Below are positions 56,852-64,000 of a stretch of DNA of 64,000 nucleotides, in pieces. The translations under genes and the position numbers were made by a program. Within the stretch, counting starts at the first letter, position 1. Each line of letters begins with the position of its first letter. The DNA comes from Yuukianura sp. NJ FZ-2021 (taxonomy: Eukaryota): positions 1,178,001 to 1,242,000 of the forward strand of contig JAJCTO010000010.1 in assembly GCA_046563655.1 (NCBI GenBank), given 5' to 3'. The notes under the pieces are model-generated. The model had not been told where the DNA came from and did no database searches. It worked only from the letters and a program-made list of their open reading frames with translations.

Positions 56852-57407
56852 ATACCACCGAAATCTTGGAAATTCTGAATGCTAATCTCAAGGAATCATA
56901 TCAAACTGCAGTTCTACCATCTGACAAGTTAGGGGTTATTAACTCTGATCAGTTTGCTATTGTTGTAAATTCGCAAAGTTCAAAGGAACCAGGAATGCAT
57001 TGGATCAGTATGTTTAAAAAGCATGGAGGCAAGGAGGTAGAGTTTTTCGACAGCTGCGCAATGCCGATAGAGTTTTACAGCCCCAGCTTTGTCAGTTTCC
57101 TTTACTCAAAATCTGACGTCATTCGATTGAGTAATCTCAGAGTACAACCGGAGCATAGTGATGCGTGCGGACAGTTTGCACTATATTACTTGTTACACAG
57201 AGTCAGGGAGAATCGTTTGAAAAGATTCTGAGCAAGTTTGACGAATTTCATCTAGATATAAACGACACTATTGTTAGAGATTTCGTATCAATAAATTTGC
57301 AACACGATAGTGAGACAAGTTTGAGAGTGGTTAGTCAAAACTTAGAAGCAGGCAAAATTATTCAGTGTTGTGAAATTTTAGGAGTTCTACTTAGCATGTC
57401 AATCTAA
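56848..57407 (+). pseudogene. Adenain-like cysteine maturation protease with C-terminal frameshift
   Basis: Catalytic motifs GMHW, FFDS and QPEHSDACGQF. Adding one G in the GGG near 57205 joins HRVR to GESFEKILSKF (ORF 57165-57407). Confidence 0.85.
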
Positions 57408-57478
57408 GTTTGTTGTAGACGTAATTCATTCAACCCAATTATATTCTCTGTAAGGCTTTCTTTTTGTATTAAAGAAAA

Positions 57479-58408
57479 ATGAAATCGGACGTCCAAGTGT
57501 CATACAAGCGAATTGGAAGCTCTGGTTATTTGGGCGGCAAGAAGCATTTGAGTAAGTTAAACGGCATTTCGGAATCTTCCGCATTGAAGTTCTTACAAAG
57601 TCAAGATTCTTATACACGTCATAAAGGCCGAAGGTGTAAATTTCGTAGAAGGCGAGTAATATCTCCTGGCTTAAACTATCTTTGGCAGGCTGATATTGTC
57701 TTCTTGCCAAAGTACACTGATGAAAACGATGGCTACTCTTGTCTTCTAACAGCAATTGATGTCCTGTCAAAGTATGCATTTGCTGTGCCCATGAAATCAA
57801 AGAAAACTAGCGAAGTTATCCAAGCATTTAAAAGGATCATCTCTTCGGGGAAGGGGCGGCCCGTAACGCTAGAATGTGATCAAGGTTTAGAATTTTGGTC
57901 AGCTGCATTCCAGAAGTGGGCAAAGTCTCTTGGTATATTGATGTACCATAACTTTTCAGACTTTGGTTCATCCGTCATTGAAAGGTTTAACAGAACAATA
58001 TGCACGGCTATTTCAAGACATCTTACTGAAAGTGGTCAAGAGAGATACATTGAAGCCCTGCCTTCTCTATTGAAGACGTATAACAGCAAAATACATTCGC
58101 GGACGAAAGTGGCGCCATGCAACGTTAACAAATACAATGAAATGGACGTCTGGTTGGAATCTTATAAGGACTTGTACTCAAAACCTATATCAAAAACAAG
58201 TCTTAAACTATACGATCGCGTTCGCCTTGATAAAACGAAACACATATTCGGCAAGGGTTATTGGCCTGCTTTTACGAGCGAAATTTTTGAAGTCTCTGAA
58301 GTCATCAATTCCATTCCCGTGACGTACCGTGTTAGGGATCTTTCCGGTGAGCAAATTTCTGGGATCTATTACAGTCAAGACCTCAGCAAGATAAGTCCAA
58401 AAGAGTGA
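57479..58408 (+). CDS. Retroviral-like (rve) DDE integrase of Polinton type
   Basis: Motifs WQADIV, LTAIDVLSKYAFAVP, CDQGLEF, VIERFNRTI, YNSKIHS and FGKGYWPAFTSEIF. The 309-aa ORF is intact and has no C-terminal chromodomain. Confidence 0.93.
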   Translation: MKSDVQVSYKRIGSSGYLGGKKHLSKLNGISESSALKFLQSQDSYTRHKGRRCKFRRRRVISPGLNYLWQADIVFLPKYTDENDGYSCLLTAIDVLSKYAFAVPMKSKKTSEVIQAFKRIISSGKGRPVTLECDQGLEFWSAAFQKWAKSLGILMYHNFSDFGSSVIERFNRTICTAISRHLTESGQERYIEALPSLLKTYNSKIHSRTKVAPCNVNKYNEMDVWLESYKDLYSKPISKTSLKLYDRVRLDKTKHIFGKGYWPAFTSEIFEVSEVINSIPVTYRVRDLSGEQISGIYYSQDLSKISPKE

Positions 58409-58409
58409 A

Positions 58410-59160
58410 ATGGGATTCTATATTACATTACCGTCGAACGGCTCACGTTATTTTTCTGACAATCGAACAAGTAACTACAGGATTAAACTTCCGTCAAAAA
58501 TCAAACTTGAGCCTTCCTTATATGAGGTCGGGCTAACTGAGTTGACTTATGTGTGCTCCATAAAAACTCTAACCGGAGCTGAGAAAGACAATCTCATTGA
58601 GTATAATGGGGCGAAGACTGCCGGGAAAGTAGAGCTTCCTTTACTTCATTACAGTACCGTGGAGCATTTAGTTCACACGGTCAACGCATCTTTTATAAGG
58701 GACGCACAGCGTCCCTTCCAACTTGAAGTACTACGAAACAAAGTGCCGTGTTATCCTGGAAGTAGAAGCCGGATTTAGTATCGAAATAAGTGAGAAACTT
58801 TCCTACATTTTGGGATTTAATGGTACGCTTGAATTTAATTCAAATCAGCAAAATACCTACTTCATAGCCGATTTTCCACCGGATATACTCGGAGGGCGAT
58901 ATCACATGTTTCTATACTGTGACATAATAGAGTCTCAAGTGGTTGGATCTTCCCTTGTCCCTCTGGTTCGTATGGTAAACATAATTGGAAACGAAGGACA
59001 AGCAGTCACTCAAACTTTCGCTCATCCGTTTTATCTTCCGATTTCAAGAAGCGAGTTTGACATCATCTCTATTGTACTGTGCGACGAGTTTGGGGAGGAG
59101 TTACCAATTGACAAAGGTCAAGTGACTTTAACTCTACATTTTAAGAAGATATCAACCTAA
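58410..59160 (+). pseudogene. Minor capsid protein (penton, single jelly-roll), frameshifted
   Basis: The N-terminus FYITLPSN..YF.DN.TSNYRIKLP..YEVGLTEL and C-terminus FLYCDIIESQVVG..VPLVR..P.YLPI..VTLTLHFK are typical of Polinton penton. The two halves lie in different frames, with one extra base near 58720. Confidence 0.85.
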
Positions 59161-59892
59161 TGGAAAACAATACGTATGATTTCGATCAAATTCAACTCAA
59201 ACATCCATTCACTTTTATTGTTGCGGGTGGCACCATGTCTGGAAAAACAACATTTGTTTGCAAGATAATTCAAAACCTCGACATGATGGTATCACCTAGA
59301 ATCGATGACGTAATTGTTTTCTATAAGGTATATCAAAGCGGCTATGACGTCATGAAGTCAATGGACGCTAGAGTTAGATGTATAGAGGGACTAAAGTTGG
59401 ACGAAGTCTACGCCAAAAATACATTGCTAGTCATCGATGACCAAATGGCAGATTCATTAAAAGACAAGTCTGTCCAAGAACTTTTCACTTGCGGCGTGCA
59501 TCATAGGTAAGGCAAAAATCAGTTTGGAAATGTAAATCTGGAACGATAAATTTGCATAGAATTGACAAAACGTTTTTTTGAATTTCAGGTCAATATCCGT
59601 CATCTTCCTTTCGCAAAATTTGCTGCCGCAAGGAAAATATGCAAGAGATATTCGTCTCAATACACATTACATGACGATTTGCAAGACCCCGTCATTTCCT
59701 TCACAAGTGATGTACCTCAGTAGACAACTCAATCCAAGGAAGCCAAGTGCAATTTTAACCGCTTACGAGGAGGCAACCCGACAGCCGTATTCATACTTGT
59801 TTCTAAATTTGCACCCTAGTTGTCACGATAATTTACGAATACAGTCCGGAATTCTTCCAAAAGAAGAGCATATTATTTACTTACCAAGTTAA
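59160..59892 (+). CDS. A32/FtsK-like DNA packaging ATPase; two exons (59160-59506, 59589-59892), 216 aa
   Basis: Walker A GGTMSGKT and Walker B LLVIDD. Splicing AG|GTAAGG...TTTCAG|G restores GVHHRSISVIFLSQN. Confidence 0.92.
59507..59588 (+). other. Spliceosomal intron (82 nt) in ATPase
   Basis: GTAAGG donor and T-rich tract with TTTCAG acceptor. Its removal gives a continuous frame through a conserved motif. Confidence 0.9.
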
Positions 59893-59906
59893 GTGTTTCT
59901 TTTACA

Positions 59907-60254
59907 ATGACAAACCGCTTAGTTCGAAACAAAACGTTCCTGGAAGAGGTTAAAAAGTGTAAAGCTCCGCGACGAAAAAAACTAATAAAGAAGGCTTCAA
60001 AGGACAACATTGAGGCGTTGTCGGAAATCGCGCTAAACACGTTAATAGGTAATGTACCATTAACTAAACAACACAAGCATAAACTCAAACGACACAGGAG
60101 TTGTATTCGAAATCTTGCCAAAAAGTTCTCCATTAAAAAGAAGAAGGAGTTCTTAATACAGAAAGGTGGGTTTCTTCCATTGTTGGTGACACCAGCATTG
60201 TCTATACTTGGCGGCCTTGCTGCGAACGCATTAAGTCATCTTGTAGGTTTATAA
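59907..60254 (+). CDS. Basic core protein with adenovirus pX-like C-terminus (GasderminX-type in adintovirus nomenclature)
   Basis: 115 aa, K/R-rich, ending QKGG-FLPLLVTPALSILGGLAA. This resembles the adenovirus pX GG-(F/I)LPLL hydrophobic tail. Confidence 0.72.
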   Translation: MTNRLVRNKTFLEEVKKCKAPRRKKLIKKASKDNIEALSEIALNTLIGNVPLTKQHKHKLKRHRSCIRNLAKKFSIKKKKEFLIQKGGFLPLLVTPALSILGGLAANALSHLVGL

Positions 60255-61135
60255 TGTCCAAAAAAATGAAATTGATACCACATCTGGAGTACGAAAAACT
60301 TATCGCAATTCAACGAGCTCCTCAGCTTTTACATAAATCTTCATCAGTTCAACTATTCAACAGGAAGCAAGCAGCAGCAACAAACATTCTAAAATGGAAC
60401 TCCATTTCCGATGACATCAAATTAGCCTTATTCAATAGTATGGTGAAGGGACTCCACGCAAACTTTTCGGCTCTAATGAACACTCCACTTCAGGTTGAAA
60501 TTTCTAAACCAGCAACACTCCCTCCGACACCCAAAAGTTCAAGATCGGACCCTGCAAAAACTGTTAACCGAGATGCGGGAACCGCCGTAGACCAGGCTTT
60601 ATTCAACACTCACCTAGCTAAGTTCCTACCAAAAAAGTATCAGATACCCGGCTTGAAAATAATGCAGGTTCTTTCTACATCTGCATTTAATGACATATCC
60701 TGGGATGAGTCAGGACAAGTGTTCTTTAAGGGTGTAGCCAGAAGTGGGGCCAATATTATTGAATTACTGACATATGTTTTGAAGCCTCCGGCAAAGGTCA
60801 CTCCACCAAAAGGAATTCGAACATTTATTTATATTTTGAAGAAAGTTCATATACCAAAGGAATTGCTTGGAATTCATATACGAAGCAAACTAAATTTGAC
60901 TACGATAGCACTTCTTGCACAAAATACTCCAATGGTTGGACAACCTTTGGAAGAAGCCGACGAAGAGGAAGAGGTTGAGGAGGTGGAAGAAGAGGAGGAG
61001 TCTGAACAGGAGGAGGATGGGGTGGAAGATGATGATAACGAGGAAGAGGATTCTCCACGAGACGACGGGGATGCATCAGGTGATGATTATCAAACGCCAG
61101 TGGCCAAGTCATCTGCTGCTTGGAGCTTCTACTAA
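60254..61135 (+). CDS. Conserved Polinton hypothetical protein with acidic C-terminal tract
   Basis: Intact 293 aa. MSKKMKLIP start and ISWDESGQVFFKG...GANIIELL..PKG...F block, which I recognise from Polinton accessory proteins. Long E/D-rich tail. Confidence 0.7.
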   Translation: MSKKMKLIPHLEYEKLIAIQRAPQLLHKSSSVQLFNRKQAAATNILKWNSISDDIKLALFNSMVKGLHANFSALMNTPLQVEISKPATLPPTPKSSRSDPAKTVNRDAGTAVDQALFNTHLAKFLPKKYQIPGLKIMQVLSTSAFNDISWDESGQVFFKGVARSGANIIELLTYVLKPPAKVTPPKGIRTFIYILKKVHIPKELLGIHIRSKLNLTTIALLAQNTPMVGQPLEEADEEEEVEEVEEEEESEQEEDGVEDDDNEEEDSPRDDGDASGDDYQTPVAKSSAAWSFY

Positions 61136-61166
61136 TCAGTCTTTTGTTTGAGCTTCGAGGCAAACA

Positions 61167-61861
61167 ATGTCGGAAAGTGAACCAGTCGTTAGAGTAGAAG
61201 TGCTTAACATGCCTCTTGTGGTGCCGACAAACGAAGGACCTGATTTCGAAGAGTTCGTAACCCTTGAAAGCAGACTATCCAGCTTCAATTCATCTGTAAT
61301 ACATTGCTTCCCTCCGGTGGAGAATCTAGCCACGGCTGGCTTTTTCTACACAGAGTTTGAGGACGCCGTAATATGTTTTTATTGTGGACTATGTTTAAGT
61401 TGTTGGAGTGAGCACGACTCACCATGGTTAGAACATCGTATTCATTCTCCAAACTGTGCGTATCTAATCCTACAGCACCCAATCACAAATGTAATCAACA
61501 AACTATTACTGAAGTAAATATTTATTCACAACTACATAATTTTTTGGAAATTTATTTTTTTAGACTTCGTCAACAACAGATCTCTGTGACATGACCCCGG
61601 GTGATAACATCGAAACAGGTTCAAAATACAAGTAAAATTGATGTGAGTTAAATGAATCCACTGTTCTAAAGTACGTTTTTATGCATAGAATTGAACAAGC
61701 TGAAGTCCATTATGCAGTGCAAGATTTGCATGACACGTCAGGCCTCCTATATGTACGCTCCGTGCTGTCACATGGCAACATGCCTGGAATGCTGTACCAC
61801 CCAATCAAAATGTCCTATCTGTCGTTCTGCAATAAGTCTGATCATTAAAGTTTTCATTTAA
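61167..61861 (+). CDS. Inhibitor of apoptosis (single BIR + C-terminal RING); probable exons 61167-61490, 61564-61618, 61689-61861
   Basis: BIR domain: RLSSF...LATAGFFY...DAVICFYCGLCLSCWSEHDSPWLEHRIHSPNCAY. RING domain, absent from the ORF track, 61718-61861: CKICMTRQASYMYAPCCHMATCLECCTTQSKCPICRSAISLIIKVFI*. The splice donors GTAATC and GTTCAA are weak, so exact junctions are uncertain. Confidence 0.82.
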
Positions 61862-61941
61862 AATTAGGACAATAGCTATGAAAGTAACAAGAAATGACAG
61901 CATATGCTTTGTATCAAATCAACAACAAATAGATAATAGAT

Positions 61942-64000
61942 TTATTGTTTATCTACTAAGTAATGACCGTACGGTAGAGTGGAAATTCCGTCGTCAAAAA
62001 TATAACGTTTAGAATCAAACGCATGCAGTGCGGCTTTAGTTGTTTCGATATTATAAATCTTGTGTTTGTAGGAGCGCATTGAGTTTGTTGTACATGATAA
62101 AATTTGCTGTTTTAATAAAACCTGCTCCAACATTGCAAACGATATTGACCTTTTCTGAATTCTCTGTGGTATTCCTTTCATGGCACATTTCTTAAAAGAA
62201 GCTGCATCGTAGTCTTCACCTACGAAACAGTAGGACTTCGGAGCAAGTCCAACAAACTTTGTAAGTATCCGGCCTTTAACCTCGTCTTTCATTTTCCCTG
62301 TGACTCCAGCGTTTACTGTTGAATAATGCGGATGGGATGTGGGCAAGTTGCTTGTATCAAACAGCTCCAAGTCTGCTTCAATGTCTTTGTATATGTCGGA
62401 GGTACGAATCACGTATGCAAGGCTGTCAGTGTCGGTCATCAGTAGTTTTGCATTTGAACCCCATTTTGACTTAACATAGTCATAATGGAAACGGGCCATA
62501 TGTAGTTTGCTTAACTCCAGAACGGAGAACCCGGTGTAAATAGCTTTGTTAAGAGTTACGCAGGACTTCTGCATTCTGAAGCATGCTAAGTTTTTGCCCA
62601 AGATGTCGTGAGACAAAAATTGAGATTTTGATATGAGTCTGGCAGCGGTTTTACGGTCGTTCACGACTCTGACGTTCATTCGTTTCCTCACAGATTCCAT
62701 GCCCTTCCCAAACACTGCATTTACGCATAGCTTGTAGAACATCTTCTGAAACTCATTTGTTGCATTTCGTCTTTGCGAGCTGTTGAACTCAACGTATGTT
62801 TTAAGCCAAGGTTCTTGTCGGAATGCCAATATTCTATGAATTTTTTCAACCACCAATCCCCGTTCCACATAGAATTTAAGATTGGCAGCGTGACATATGT
62901 AATTTTTGCGTGGCTTGAAATGAGATACAAGCTTTTGTTGATGCTCCATGTAATTAATTGGTAGGCATCTGAGCAACTTCTTTTGAAAATTACTGAAATC
63001 TGCACAAGGTACCGTGGTCTTCTCACAAGCAAGAGGATAACATTGATGTGAATCGTGAAGTTCTTCTATAAATTTCAAACGTTTTACTGAGATAATCATA
63101 AACCAGATTAAATGATAAATTTCTGAGTTTTCACAAATGCCGTACCAGGATAGAGTAAATCCACTTCTAAAATGTAGCCAATGTCATCGTCAGGTTCAAT
63201 GTCATCAATCTTGAACTTCTCAACTAGTTCTAAAGGAAGTCAGACGATTAATGTATAATTTTAATTGAAATTTTGATTGTGTTACCATTACCTTTATTTA
63301 AAAAGAGAAAGTCTCCAACCGGAAGTCTGCTTTCCATGGCTTTTCCGTAAAGATTTACCATGTCCCAAAACACAATGAACAGTTGAGCTGGGTCGTCAGG
63401 CCAACCGCTGTAGTTGCTCATATATTTATTGCGAGCTTTTGCATAGCGATGTGAAATTTGGGAAATTCCTCCTAAAACATATGAGTATTATATTAGAATT
63501 AGGTTATATACATATAAAGAAAATGTTGCGTCAATTACTAATTATCGTAGCAATTATTTGGCTAATACCTCTCATTCCCGTTTCCAGAAATATATACATG
63601 TCAATGTCAGTTATGAGTTCCAGCTTTACGTTTGACATTTTCAGAGCTGCATCCCAAGCGAGTCCAGGTAATGAGTAGTAGTGAGCCGGGTCGAGCTTAA
63701 AATTCTTCATCGCCATGACACGAAACTCTTCAAATACGCAGGCAAGTAATAAGGCGTCACTTAGTAGGTAGAGATCATGATACTCTCCTAAAGATTTAAG
63801 TCCAAATGTTTTCCAAACATGAAGAGCATATTCATAGTCTTCCTCTGTAATGTGGCTCTTGGTAAGCGTGTTATAGAACTTTGACTTGGCAGGCAGCTGT
63901 GGCTCGTCAAATCGCTGCCATGAATCGAGGTAGTCGTATGGGTACACACCTTTTCTTTGAAGCAGTCCAAATTTGCTTCCAAACACCTGTCTCAAAATAT
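61942..64000 (-). CDS. Protein-primed family B DNA polymerase (pPolB), 5' part outside window; exons >64000-63569, 63471-63292, 63229-63146, 63065-61942
   Basis: KGVYPYDY, ExoIII-like YLLSD, RGGISQ, motif A WDMVNLYGKAM, GYILEVDLLYPEELHD, motif B KLCVNAVFGK, motif C TDTDS and KSY. Three GT-AG introns join them in one frame. Confidence 0.93.
63066..63145 (-). other. Spliceosomal intron (80 nt) in pPolB
   Basis: CCTG|GTACGG...TTTATAG|AAGAA. Splicing gives LYPEELHD. Confidence 0.88.
63230..63291 (-). other. Spliceosomal intron (62 nt) in pPolB
   Basis: AAAG|GTAATG...CTGACTTCCTTTAG|AACTA, with a branch-like CTGAC. Splicing gives FLNKELVEKF. Confidence 0.85.
63472..63568 (-). other. Spliceosomal intron (97 nt) in pPolB
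   Basis: AGAG|GTATTA...GTTTTAG|GAGGA. Splicing restores the conserved MRGGISQISHRYA. Confidence 0.85.

Larger units (their letters stand above)
54335..64000. mobile_element. Polinton/Maverick (adintovirus-like endogenous DNA virus), right part outside window
   Basis: Compact cluster of pPolB, rve integrase, double jelly-roll MCP, penton, adenain protease and A32-like ATPase, which is the diagnostic Polinton gene set. The left boundary is uncertain because no AGTAGT or AGAG-type terminus is seen, so 54335-55057 may not belong to the element. Confidence 0.93.

Noticed and set aside
55918..58778. Introns explaining the breaks in MCP, protease and penton
   Set aside because: Homology continues immediately across each break with no intervening GT-AG segment, so these are point lesions.
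61643..61688. GTGAGT at 61643 as the IAP exon-2 donor
   Set aside because: Although a strong consensus, using it includes an in-frame TAA (61633-61635). The donor at 61619 keeps the frame.
55362..63982. Overlapping alternative-frame or antisense ORFs (e.g. 55392-55622, 57426-57800, 59873-60133, 60900-61163, 62721-63032, 63439-63678)
   Set aside because: Shadows of the recognised Polinton genes with no independent motifs.

Overview
Eukaryotic (probably invertebrate animal) heterochromatin or centromere-like DNA. Bases 1-54334 are a head-to-tail array of about 290 copies of an AT-rich ~183-bp satellite. It shows local higher-order repeats, multi-kb internal duplications and regionally restricted variants. 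Two non-autonomous DNA transposons interrupt it: a 1049-bp element with an ATA target-site duplication (TSD), and a 166-bp near-perfect foldback MITE with a TA TSD. From ~54335 to the window end lies a Polinton/Maverick (adintovirus-like endogenous virus). It encodes a basic core-like protein, major capsid protein, adenain-type protease, rve integrase, penton, packaging ATPase, a pX-like protein, a conserved hypothetical protein, a spliced BIR+RING IAP and, on the minus strand, a protein-primed DNA polymerase B. The ATPase, IAP and polymerase genes contain short GT-AG introns that the ORF track misses. The capsid, protease and penton genes carry real inactivating lesions. Between the satellite and the first viral gene is a tRNA-like Pol III head pointing into a ~238-nt hairpin that ends in the first available T-run. 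All protein calls come from motif recognition by eye; no database searches were run.
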